Virus record (IMG/VR): IMGVR_UViG_3300050132_000511
Coordinates: 1 to 52,488 of that record
Source of the DNA: a virus
Taxonomy: Duplodnaviria > Caudoviricetes
Length of the DNA: 52,488 bases
Reading direction: 5' to 3' (one strand)
A program made the translations under genes and the position numbers. Positions 1 to 7,821 of the stretch are shown here, one piece after another (the first letter of the stretch is position 1; each line of letters starts with the position of its first letter). Below the pieces are notes generated by a model, which made no database searches, was not told where the DNA came from, and was given only the letters and a program-made list of their open reading frames with translations.

Positions 1-1284
1 CTAGGTCCCGCCTTCGTTCTTCAAGCCCCGCATCACCACGCGGCCGCGCACGCGCGCCTCGTCCGCCAACCGCACCACGGCCGTCTGGTTCGGCAGGTAG
101 GTCTGCTGCAGCTTCTTGTTGGTGTCGATGCTGTTGGCCATCTTGCCCGCCAGCGCCGAGGGATCGACCTGGCCGGCTATTGCCTCGACCGAACCCGACC
201 GGCGGAAATCCATCACCTTGCGGGTGTCGCCGATGAACAGCGCGGCGCGCACGTCGCGGAAGTCCTTCGATAGTGTGTCCTTGGTGTAGGGCACCGGCGG
301 CCGCGGCCGGCCGCCCTTCGGGCCCGGCTGGCCGCCGCGGGTGTGAAAGATCGGCGTCTCCGGGTGCAGTGTGAAGGGCAGGCCGGCGACGTAGGCGTTC
401 AGCAGGGTCAGCGTCGGCTCCGTGAGCGTGCCGATCGCCTGGCGGCCGGTCTTGGCGCGGTCAACCTGGAAGATCGTTCCCTGGGCGTCCCGGCTCATCT
501 GGGAGAGGGTGAGCGTGCGGACGTCGACCGGCGACATCATGGTGTCCCAGGCGACCGACAGCGCCGCCTGCAGCCCGAGGATCTTCATCTTTCCGGCCGC
601 GCCGATCGTGAGCTGGGCTTCGTCGTACAGCCAGATCGCGGTGCGGGTCTGCGGCGTCTTGCGGCGGATGCCTAGCGACGGATCCTCGCCGACGCAGTAG
701 CGCTCGCCGTCGGCGCGGTTGATGGTCATCAGCACCGACCAGATCGCGCGCCAGTACTTCATCCCGATATAGGCCTCGCTGACGCCGGCGAGCTCGAGGA
801 TGCCCTTGATCTTCGGATCGCGAGAATCGCCGTGGTACCAGAGATCGATATGCTCCATCGCCACCGTGCGCGGGTTGACGTCGCCGAAGGTCGGCTCGAT
901 CAGCTTCCAGCCGCGCAGCCATCCCTCCCGCGTGCGCGGCTTTTTGGTCGACCACTCGCCGGTGGCCCGGAATTTGGCAAAGCCTTCGCCGAGACTGTTC
1001 GGCGGAAACACGCGCTCGATCTTGCCGGGCTTCTGCACCGGCTTGCCGGCCAGGTGATCGGCGCGCGCCTGCTTCCATTTCGCGTTCCAGTTCTGCGCGA
1101 TCGCCCAGGCCCGCGGGCCATCCTCGCCGCAATCGACCAGCGCGAAGCCGAGCTTGGCCATCAGCGTCTCTTCGATTCGTCCGGATCTCTTGCTGCGGCG
1201 CTTGAGGCAGGGCGCCCAATAGCCCCATTTCGGGCGGCCGTCGCGCTGGCGCGTCGTGTAGAACGAAATGTTCACGTCACCCAC
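1..1284 (-). CDS. int: Prophage integrase, divergent tyrosine recombinase
   Basis: Terminal position; RAKTG (Lys), DFRRSG and C-terminal QQTY motifs; likely GTG start at 1284 overlapping the xis stop. Confidence 0.8.
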   Translation of the reverse strand: MGDVNISFYTTRQRDGRPKWGYWAPCLKRRSKRSGRIEETLMAKLGFALVDCGEDGPRAWAIAQNWNAKWKQARADHLAGKPVQKPGKIERVFPPNSLGEGFAKFRATGEWSTKKPRTREGWLRGWKLIEPTFGDVNPRTVAMEHIDLWYHGDSRDPKIKGILELAGVSEAYIGMKYWRAIWSVLMTINRADGERYCVGEDPSLGIRRKTPQTRTAIWLYDEAQLTIGAAGKMKILGLQAALSVAWDTMMSPVDVRTLTLSQMSRDAQGTIFQVDRAKTGRQAIGTLTEPTLTLLNAYVAGLPFTLHPETPIFHTRGGQPGPKGGRPRPPVPYTKDTLSKDFRDVRAALFIGDTRKVMDFRRSGSVEAIAGQVDPSALAGKMANSIDTNKKLQQTYLPNQTAVVRLADEARVRGRVVMRGLKNEGGT

Positions 1285-1564
1285 TCCGGGCCCCCGCCAG
1301 CCGGCTGCGCACAACATCGTCAGCGTTGCGCGCGGTGGGGGCGGGAGTCAAATCTTCGCGGAACAGGTGTGGATAACGCGACCGGCGCCAGGCGTTGATG
1401 GCATCCATGTCGAAGTTGCCGGTGGTCGGATCCGGCGGCGGAAACTTGCGCTCGAGCAGCGCCGGCAGCTTCTCCTGGAACGCCTCGATCGTCAGCCACA
1501 TCACCCGCGCCGCGGCGATCGGCGGACAGTCGCCTCCTGGCGGGAGCTTGTAGCGCATGCTCAT
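1277..1564 (-). CDS. Excisionase-like winged-HTH protein
   Basis: Directly upstream of int; FPPPDPTTGNFDMDAINAW resembles the AlpA/Xis wing. Confidence 0.6.
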   Translation of the reverse strand: MSMRYKLPPGGDCPPIAAARVMWLTIEAFQEKLPALLERKFPPPDPTTGNFDMDAINAWRRSRYPHLFREDLTPAPTARNADDVVRSRLAGARSG

Positions 1565-1671
1565 GGGCAGCAGCTCCAAATGTCCCGTTGCCAAACCCGC
1601 CACTTCCAGGGCGGCTCAAGGAAAAGCATCCCGCCGCGGACGAAGCCGGTCGTTTCCTTTTTCAAGATCAT
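1561..1671 (-). CDS. Small hypothetical protein (36 aa)
   Basis: ATGA overlaps with both neighbours. Confidence 0.45.
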   Translation of the reverse strand: MILKKETTGFVRGGMLFLEPPWKWRVWQRDIWSCCP

Positions 1672-1943
1672 TGAGCAGCCTCGCGATCGCGCTGCCGCTG
1701 CTCGGCAATCTCCTCGTGACCTTTGATAAGGCCCTCGAGCGTCTCGTTGACGCCTGCCTTCAAGATGTCGACCTGACGCATGAAATAATCGTCCTCGTCG
1801 CCCCACAGCGCGCCAATCTCGTCGAAAAGCCCCTGGATCTTTAGAGCACGCGCACGGGTCAGCTTCATCGCGTTCTCCACCGACCAGCGTCGAGGATAGA
1901 ACGCGCCGGGCGTGCGGCTATATTTCCGGCGAGGCTTGTTCAT
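1668..1943 (-). CDS. Hypothetical early protein
   Basis: ATGA-coupled chain. Confidence 0.65.
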   Translation of the reverse strand: MNKPRRKYSRTPGAFYPRRWSVENAMKLTRARALKIQGLFDEIGALWGDEDDYFMRQVDILKAGVNETLEGLIKGHEEIAEQRQRDREAAQ

Positions 1944-2173
1944 GCCGGCACAGCCTCGACTTCGGCGATGACGTCGAGCCAATGCTCGTGCACGGCATCA
2001 TCCTGCGCGACATGACCGGCACCGCTGACCCTGGCGCAGACCACCCAGCCGCACTCGCAGGTCGCCACGCTGACGGCGACGCCGGCAGGGTAATCGCGCG
2101 TCATCTTGACCATGTGACCGGGCCAGACCGCCGGGTGCGTCCACGGCTTTTTCCGGAAGTCGGGCGCGCTCAT
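1940..2173 (-). CDS. Hypothetical protein, possible Zn-binding (CECG...HEH)
   Basis: ATGA-coupled chain. Confidence 0.6.
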   Translation of the reverse strand: MSAPDFRKKPWTHPAVWPGHMVKMTRDYPAGVAVSVATCECGWVVCARVSGAGHVAQDDAVHEHWLDVIAEVEAVPA

Positions 2174-2394
2174 GCCGCGTCGCCTTCCCGGTCGCGCCAG
2201 CCGAGCGCGGTCTGCTGGGTCACGAGATCGTCGAGCAGCTCGCGGGCGCGGCGGATGGCGAGGTTGAGCTGGTGCTGGCGCCAGGACAGCGGCCGCGAGG
2301 CATGCGTGGCGTTGACGACGCCGCGCACGATCAGCGGCGCGCAATCGGTCGCCGCGCGGACGCAGGCCTGCAGCTTTTCGCGCTCACCGGTCAC
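2170..2394 (-). CDS. Hypothetical early protein
   Basis: GTGA/ATGA overlaps. Confidence 0.6.
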   Translation of the reverse strand: MTGEREKLQACVRAATDCAPLIVRGVVNATHASRPLSWRQHQLNLAIRRARELLDDLVTQQTALGWRDREGDAA

Positions 2395-2657
2395 GTCTGG
2401 AATCCGCAGCGGCAGCGGGCGCAGTAGCCCATGGCGTCGCTGATCCAGATCGGCGTGTGCGGGCTGCCTGTCGGCGAGGCCGGGCAGCGCTCGGCGCCGT
2501 AGAGGCCGCTGTCGGAGCCTTGTTCAAGAATTCCGGCATCCAGCGGCTCGCCGTCCTCGTCGAAACAGGCCGAGCATTTCGGCGGATTGACATCGACCCA
2601 GCTGCAGCCGCCGGGGCAGGCGCGATCTTCGGTGCAGCCGCAAGCGATGCAACGCAT
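2391..2657 (-). CDS. Cys-rich Zn-finger-like phage protein
   Basis: GGAGG RBS; CIACGC-x5-C-x3-CSW...CSAC...CARC. Confidence 0.7.
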   Translation of the reverse strand: MRCIACGCTEDRACPGGCSWVDVNPPKCSACFDEDGEPLDAGILEQGSDSGLYGAERCPASPTGSPHTPIWISDAMGYCARCRCGFQT

Positions 2658-2658
2658 G

Positions 2659-2940
2659 TCAGCCCCTCCTTCGTTTGGCCTGCTGGCCCTCGAGCCAGCC
2701 GCCGAGATACGCCAGGACGTCGAGGGTTTCGTCGCTGCGGCCGAGGATGTCGTCGACCGACAGCCGGAACATGCCGGCGTTGCCATCGCCGGCGCCGAGC
2801 TTGCGCGCGGCGGGATCGATCTTGAGGCCCGCGGCGAGGGCCTGGTGAATGGAGCGGGGAGCGAGATTTGAACGCGCGACCTCCGAGTGGGAAACACCAC
2901 GGCGCTCTACCGGCTGAGCTACCCCCGCAAACTTCTTCAT
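2659..2940 (-). CDS. Hypothetical protein whose N-terminal third overlaps a tRNA-like sequence
   Basis: ATGA overlap with upstream stop, GAGG RBS, stop abuts the next start. Confidence 0.5.
   Translation of the reverse strand: MKKFAGVAQPVERRGVSHSEVARSNLAPRSIHQALAAGLKIDPAARKLGAGDGNAGMFRLSVDDILGRSDETLDVLAYLGGWLEGQQAKRRRG
2850..2928 (-). tRNA. Atypical or degenerate tRNA-Gly(TCC)-like gene, 79 nt
   Basis: GCGGGGG/TCCCCGC acceptor stem + T-CCA end, GCTC/GAGC D-arm, GTTCAAAT T-loop; anticodon arm has an extra GTG and mismatches. Confidence 0.7.
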
Positions 2941-3167
2941 GACGACAAAACCTCTCGTGTCTCGATCGAGCGCAGCAGCACTTCGGCCTCGATCGCCTTG
3001 ACCTTGATCTCGCGCAGTGCCGTCAGCAGCGCCGCGCGATCGTGAACGCCGTTGATGAGGACGCCGGCGGTGCCGATGCTGATCTGTCCCGCGCTGGCGA
3101 CCCGCAGGATTTCGCGCAGGCAGGATTCGGCGCGCGCGGTCTTGAGGGCGGCGGAGGCGCTGCTCAT
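2937..3167 (-). CDS. Hypothetical early protein
   Basis: ATGA-coupled at both ends. Confidence 0.6.
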   Translation of the reverse strand: MSSASAALKTARAESCLREILRVASAGQISIGTAGVLINGVHDRAALLTALREIKVKAIEAEVLLRSIETREVLSS

Positions 3168-3430
3168 GACGACAGCACCCGCACGCCCTTCGGCGCGCCG
3201 ATCGCGATCCATGTCGTCCAGCGCTTGAGCGCATCGCTCGCCGCGATCGCGTTGTCGGCCTCGGGCACACCGGGGACCAGCAGCGACCTGAGGTGCCCAT
3301 AGCAGCGGGCCTTGGCGGCGATGAAGTCGCGCAGCTCCTGCTCCGGCCCGCGCGCGATGATCTTCGCGCCCTTCGGAATGCTGCGGCCGAACTCGATCAG
3401 GCCGGACGGATAGCAAAACGCGCGGATCAT
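3164..3430 (-). CDS. Conserved phage protein, often annotated host-nuclease-inhibitor-like
   Basis: SGLIEFG...IARGP...LLVPGVPEA motif (recalled family; function uncertain). Confidence 0.55.
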   Translation of the reverse strand: MIRAFCYPSGLIEFGRSIPKGAKIIARGPEQELRDFIAAKARCYGHLRSLLVPGVPEADNAIAASDALKRWTTWIAIGAPKGVRVLSS

Positions 3431-3705
3431 GGCTGCGCTCCGCCGGCTTTGCGCGCTGCATTGTCCGCCGCGATCGCTTCGATGGTGCGCTGCTTGAGCC
3501 AATACTGAAACACGACGTAGATGCCGCCGCCTTCGACGTTCTTCGAAAGAACGTGGCCGGTCTCGTTCTCACCGTGGTCGGTCACCGGCGCCGCGAGCAT
3601 GTCGAACTCGTCGCGCCTTGACATCAAAACGTAGACCAGCGTGCCGCCCGGATGGACGCCGATGTGGTCGCCGCGGTTCGCCGCGGGCTCGAGGCGCTCG
3701 CTCAC
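3427..3705 (-). CDS. Hypothetical early protein
   Basis: 4-nt overlaps with both neighbours. Confidence 0.6.
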   Translation of the reverse strand: MSERLEPAANRGDHIGVHPGGTLVYVLMSRRDEFDMLAAPVTDHGENETGHVLSKNVEGGGIYVVFQYWLKQRTIEAIAADNAARKAGGAQP

Positions 3706-4169
3706 GGCTGCACCTCGAGCGGCTCGGAAAAATCCTCGACCTCGACGAAGTAGCGGCGGCGCAGGAAGTCGCGATGGCGTTCGCCGAGCGTCTGCCGCGG
3801 CTGCACGCCGTGCTGCATCGTCTTGCGCTCGCGCGACCGTCGCCCGCAGCGCATCGGCGATCGGCCGAGGCCGGGGCCCTTGATGCCGACGAACTTCTGG
3901 TAGACGCGCTTGGCCTTCGCGGCCGTGGGCGTCACAACAAGATTATTGTCTCGCTGATTGCAGAGGCGGTGGCCGACGCCGACCGACTTGCCGCCGAAGG
4001 TGCGCGGCACGGTGATGTGCACGCGATCCCACGATTGATCGGGCGTGACCGGCAGATCGCAATGCGGGCAGATCGGATACTGGCCGCGGCCGCACCTGTG
4101 AGAGGCGAGGCATTCGAGCTGCCACACCTGCTCGCGCTGGACTGAGCCGAAGAGAGGTTCGTACGCCAT
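3702..4169 (-). CDS. HNH-endonuclease-like protein
   Basis: CPHC...WDRVH...GG...HRLCN; GAGGGA RBS; first gene of the leftward operon. Confidence 0.7.
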   Translation of the reverse strand: MAYEPLFGSVQREQVWQLECLASHRCGRGQYPICPHCDLPVTPDQSWDRVHITVPRTFGGKSVGVGHRLCNQRDNNLVVTPTAAKAKRVYQKFVGIKGPGLGRSPMRCGRRSRERKTMQHGVQPRQTLGERHRDFLRRRYFVEVEDFSEPLEVQP

Positions 4170-4302
4170 GGCTTCCCTCATGAGCGTTGGAAAATGCGCG
4201 GGTCGGGTTCCGGGGCTGGCCAGGTTGTCCGGCCCGCGCAGTCTCGGGAGAGACCGGGATGACGCCCGGCCACACGACTCAACGTCGCGCGACTCAAACG
4301 CT

Positions 4303-4351
4303 ATACCAAGTTTTTTGGTATCTCAAGACGCGTCCACCAATTTATTTGGTG
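4303..4351. promoter_or_regulatory. Left operator pair (ACCAA-N5-TTGGT at 4305-4319 and 4336-4350)
   Basis: Two palindromes upstream of the leftward operon; same motif recurs at 4991-5005. Confidence 0.75.
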
Positions 4352-4443
4352 TTCAGTCGCGCACCCCGAAAATGTCGCTAGGTTAGCGTCAACCGCAGGT
4401 GGAAGGTCGGCCTTGTTTTGCGTGTTGGGAATGCGGGGATTTA

Positions 4444-4695
4444 ATGGTCGTGGATCCAAAAAGGGGCTGGCACCGGCGACAGGCGCTGCAGATTGCTTCG
4501 CAGCTGCCGGAAGAACCAGAGGATGCGTGGGCGATATTAGATTGCGTTGAACAGTTGGTCGGGTTCTTTTTTGAAAACCCGCCGGATCCAGCGCCGCCGC
4601 CGGACGGTCAGTCCGTGGTGCGCTTCCCCGGAGGGCCGAGCTCGCCGAGCAGGCGGGCGAGATCGACCGGCAACCCGCCGGACTTGCCGAAATAG
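4444..4695 (+). CDS. Hypothetical protein overlapping the repressor 3' end convergently
   Basis: GGGGA RBS; RRQALQIASQLPE recalled from alphaproteobacterial prophages. Confidence 0.55.
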   Translation: MVVDPKRGWHRRQALQIASQLPEEPEDAWAILDCVEQLVGFFFENPPDPAPPPDGQSVVRFPGGPSSPSRRARSTGNPPDLPK

Positions 4696-4928
4696 AGCCA
4701 GTCGCTGGTCAGTCCGGGGACGCTCTGGACGAGCCGGATGATGATCTCCCGGCTCAGCGGGAAGCCGTTTTCGAAATTGGCCCAGCGCTGCTGGCCGACG
4801 TCGAGGAATTTCGCGAAGGCCGTGGCGGTTGGATAACCCAGCGCCTCGCGCAGGCGCACCAGGCGCTCGGCCTGGCCTTCGTCGGTCGCCGGCTTCGGTT
4901 TTCCGGCCTTGGATTTCTTTGTCGCCAT
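4608..4928 (-). CDS. XRE-family HTH repressor (CI-like, no S24 peptidase domain)
   Basis: ERLVRLREALGY...AFAKFLDV...WANFENG...DWLYFG; divergent from a Cro-like gene. Confidence 0.85.
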   Translation of the reverse strand: MATKKSKAGKPKPATDEGQAERLVRLREALGYPTATAFAKFLDVGQQRWANFENGFPLSREIIIRLVQSVPGLTSDWLYFGKSGGLPVDLARLLGELGPPGKRTTD

Positions 4929-4965
4929 GGCGGCGGATGGTGCCCGCCCGGGAGATTCGGGGCTA

Positions 4966-5005
4966 ACAAACATGCTTGGCCCGTTGTCCAACCAAAAAAC
5001 TTGGT
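4966..5005. promoter_or_regulatory. Right operators (ACCAA-AAAAC-TTGGT 4991-5005; degenerate ACAAA-CATGC-TTGGC 4966-4980)
   Basis: Same palindrome between the divergent repressor and cro. Confidence 0.72.
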
Positions 5006-5017
5006 ATATCGGGAATC

Positions 5018-5308
5018 ATGGCTAGGCGGTCCTCCGATTCGAACGAGCTGACGACCAAGGAAGAGGTGACGGCCGCGCTCGGCGGCATCCGCGGCGTCTC
5101 GCTGCTGACCGGCGCCGAATATGGCGCGGTCGAGAACTGGAAGCGGCTGCGCAACTTTCCGAAGGGCTATTTCTTGCTGATGACGTTCGCCCTGCACAAG
5201 AAAGGGCTGAGCGCGGCGCCGGAGCTGTGGGGCCAGGTGACGCCGGCCGAGCGCAAGCAGGCGCTGACGGCGCTGATCGCGCTGCAGAAGCGGACGGTGG
5301 CGGCATGA
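5018..5308 (+). CDS. Cro-like HTH protein
   Basis: ALGGIRGVSLLTG...AVENWK...FP pattern; divergent from the repressor. Confidence 0.8.
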   Translation: MARRSSDSNELTTKEEVTAALGGIRGVSLLTGAEYGAVENWKRLRNFPKGYFLLMTFALHKKGLSAAPELWGQVTPAERKQALTALIALQKRTVAA

Positions 5309-5387
5309 CTCGCGGTGCGGGAGCGTTGGTGTACATGCGCGCAGCTGGCGACTCGCCGAAGCGAGAGTCGAATCGCGTTTCGGGGCT

Positions 5388-5428
5388 TGTGGATAACTGA
5401 TCGGCGGCTTTTGCGGCCCTGTGGATAA
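5388..5428. promoter_or_regulatory. Two perfect DnaA boxes (TGTGGATAA at 5388-5396 and 5420-5428)
   Basis: Exact reverse complements of TTATCCACA. Confidence 0.6.
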
Positions 5429-5633
5429 GTTTTTGAGTTGCGTCGCGTCCGCGTTCCCATCCCCCGAAGTGGCTGAAACCGCAATGCATTTCCTGCTCGA
5501 TCGCTGGCGGCGCACCGCCTTCGCCCAATATTTCGCCGGCCTCGACCCGATCGACCGCGCGACCTTCTGGATAGCGTTCGGTCTGGCGCTGGCCGGCGGC
5601 GTCAGCTTCTCGGCGATCGTGCATCCATCATGA
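5421..5633 (+). CDS. Small hypothetical protein with hydrophobic C-terminus (start uncertain)
   Basis: Stop overlaps the MTase start (ATGA). Confidence 0.45.
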   Translation: MDKFLSCVASAFPSPEVAETAMHFLLDRWRRTAFAQYFAGLDPIDRATFWIAFGLALAGGVSFSAIVHPS

Positions 5634-6340
5634 GCGAGGGCGCAGGCCATCCGTTCGACGTTCGCGGTGAGACCGTCCGGGAGCGATTTTGCGGTGACTC
5701 GAGCAAGTGGCCATTCGGCGCGCTGAAACCGTTCAGCTATGAGCTGATCATGATCGACCCACCATGGCCGACGGAAATGCGCTCGGCGAAGGGCGAGGGC
5801 AAGAGCCACGCCCGGCACTACGGCTCGATGAGCTTCGAGCAGATCGCGGCACTTCCGGTTGGACAGCTCGCGGCGCCGCGCTGCGGTCTGTTCGTGTGGG
5901 GCGTGTGGCCACATATGCTCTACGGCGGCGATCCCAAGCGGCACTTCGCCGATGCCGACGCATCTCGATCGCCGATCGGAGAGTGCATCAAGGCGTGGGG
6001 CGCGCGCGCCGTCACCGGCGGCGTCTGGCGCAAGATGACCGTTCACGGCAAGGTGGCGTTCGGACCCGGCTATCGCGCGCGTTCCGCTTGCGAGCCGTTC
6101 ATCCTGGCAGTGTTTGGTAACCCCAAGAACGCCAAGTCCAGCCGCAACATCTTCGACGGGCTACGCCGTGGGCACTCCGAGAAGCCGGACGAGGCCTTTC
6201 GGTGGTGCGAGCAGTGGATGCCCGGCGCCCGTCGTGCCGAGCTGTTCTCGCGTACCTCGCGGCCGGGCTGGGACACCTGGGGCTTCGAGGCCGGCAAGTT
6301 CGATGCGTCGGTGACGACGGCAACGGGAGCCACAGTATGA
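5630..6340 (+). CDS. MT-A70 family adenine methyltransferase (orphan)
   Basis: IMIDPPW, HYGSMS, HSEKPD, ELFSR...GWDTWG motifs. Confidence 0.9.
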   Translation: MSEGAGHPFDVRGETVRERFCGDSSKWPFGALKPFSYELIMIDPPWPTEMRSAKGEGKSHARHYGSMSFEQIAALPVGQLAAPRCGLFVWGVWPHMLYGGDPKRHFADADASRSPIGECIKAWGARAVTGGVWRKMTVHGKVAFGPGYRARSACEPFILAVFGNPKNAKSSRNIFDGLRRGHSEKPDEAFRWCEQWMPGARRAELFSRTSRPGWDTWGFEAGKFDASVTTATGATV

Positions 6341-7347
6341 CCCGCATCAGTGCCCTGCAGAACATCTCCAATATGCGGGCCGCGGCCGATGCGGCGCTGG
6401 AACGCGCGCCCGGGCTGAAGAAGCCGACGCTGAGACGGTTCACCTGGAGCCGCCTGCACACCGACCTGCTCGACGACTTCCGATGGTCGCTGGTGGCCAA
6501 GCGCGCCAATGCGCCGCTGCCGCTGGTCGAGGCGGTGCTGATCCGACTCGAGAACCACGCCAACCGCTCGCGGCCGCGCGGGCATGTAGGCGATTTCTCG
6601 GCCGGAGGGCTGGCGGCGCGCTGGAATGTCGATGCCGACACGATCGGGCGTATCTACGCCGAGCTCGAGGCTTCCGACATCGGTTGGATCGACCAGGACC
6701 AGATCGTCAGCTTCTGGGACCGCAATCCCGACATCGTCGACGACACGGCCGCTGATCGACAGCAGCGGGCGCGGGATCGCAAGAAGGGCATGAAGCAGCT
6801 CGCGGCCGCGGCGCGCCAGGGTTTCATCACCGAGCAGCAGCGGGCCGAGCGCGAACTAGCGCTGAAGGACAGCCGGGAGCCGAAAGCGCTGATGAATGCC
6901 TGGGCCGGCTTATCCACAGGTGCGTCACGCCGTGACTCCGTGACCGTCACGACCAGATCAGAGCAGATCATAAAACAAGATCTGCCGGGAAAAGAAGAAA
7001 GCGGCTCGGCAGGGGAAGAGGTCGGCTCCGGATTTTTCCCCGATGGGGGTGTGAACGTCGTGGGCTTCGGCCAGGCGCAGCTCTGGCTCGAGACCGAGGG
7101 CCTGAAGCTTGTCACGGCGCGGATGCAGTCTCTCGCGCCGCGGGCCCGCACCCTGCTGGAGCGCTGGACCGCCGGCGTCGAGGGCGATCTCGCCGCGCTG
7201 ATGGCAATCATCCTCGGCGCCGTCGGCACCAGCGCGATCGGCGAGGCGTTCCAGACCGTGATCGAGAACCAGATCGGCCGGCGCAAGCTGGATGCCGAGG
7301 GACCGCGGCTGCCGCTGCCGCCGGTCGGCCTGAAGCGAAGCGGCTGA
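6337..7347 (+). CDS. Putative replication initiator / replisome organiser
   Basis: WSRLHTDLLDDFRW N-terminus, TAADRQQRARDRKK linker, internal GTCACG repeats and DnaA box; position after cro. Confidence 0.6.
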   Translation: MTRISALQNISNMRAAADAALERAPGLKKPTLRRFTWSRLHTDLLDDFRWSLVAKRANAPLPLVEAVLIRLENHANRSRPRGHVGDFSAGGLAARWNVDADTIGRIYAELEASDIGWIDQDQIVSFWDRNPDIVDDTAADRQQRARDRKKGMKQLAAAARQGFITEQQRAERELALKDSREPKALMNAWAGLSTGASRRDSVTVTTRSEQIIKQDLPGKEESGSAGEEVGSGFFPDGGVNVVGFGQAQLWLETEGLKLVTARMQSLAPRARTLLERWTAGVEGDLAALMAIILGAVGTSAIGEAFQTVIENQIGRRKLDAEGPRLPLPPVGLKRSG

Positions 7348-7396
7348 TGGTCAGCCGTCACGACCGTCGCGGCGTGACGCGTTACGCTGTGGAAAA
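6910..7396. repeat. Imperfect ~42-bp inverted repeat pair (6910-6954, 7355-7396), each a DnaA box plus GTCACG iterons; candidate origin
   Basis: TTATCCACAG..GCGTCACGCCGTGAC vs reverse complement TTTTCCACAG..GCGTCACGCCGCGAC. Confidence 0.6.
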
Positions 7397-7414
7397 CTTG
7401 GAAAGGAGCGCGCG

Positions 7415-7708
7415 ATGAGCGAGACCGACGCGGCCGGGCCGGGCGCCCCGCAAAAGTCCGAGGCCCAGGTGCTGCTGGAGCGGATGCTGGCGCAGTGCAA
7501 CCGCTTCAACCGGCTCCGGAAGCGGCTGGACGGGGTGCGGGGATCGATCGCGCCCAGCAAGGGCCCCCGGCCGCCGGTCGACCCGGCAGGCGCCGCGCCA
7601 GCGCCGGCGACGTCGTTTTTCGAGGCGCTGCACATGCTGGCCGACGGTAACGACCAGATCGCGGATCAGCTCGAATCCAGCGTCGATGACCTAGCCGCGC
7701 TGTTCTGA
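7415..7708 (+). CDS. Hypothetical protein
   Basis: AAGGAG RBS; helical/coiled-coil composition. Confidence 0.7.
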   Translation: MSETDAAGPGAPQKSEAQVLLERMLAQCNRFNRLRKRLDGVRGSIAPSKGPRPPVDPAGAAPAPATSFFEALHMLADGNDQIADQLESSVDDLAALF

Positions 7709-7731
7709 CGCCCGGTTTTCGCCCGGGATAA

Positions 7732-7747
7732 TGATTCACGTGAAACA
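7732..7747. promoter_or_regulatory. parS-like palindrome TGATTCACGTGAAACA
   Basis: 15/16 match to chromosomal parS TGTTTCACGTGAAACA; intergenic, AT-rich context. Confidence 0.55.
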
Positions 7748-7821
7748 ATACGTCTAAGCAATTGTAATTGCTTTATTTTGCAACGAACTTAAGATGCCCT
7801 CCGGCAGCGGGGAGGGATCGA

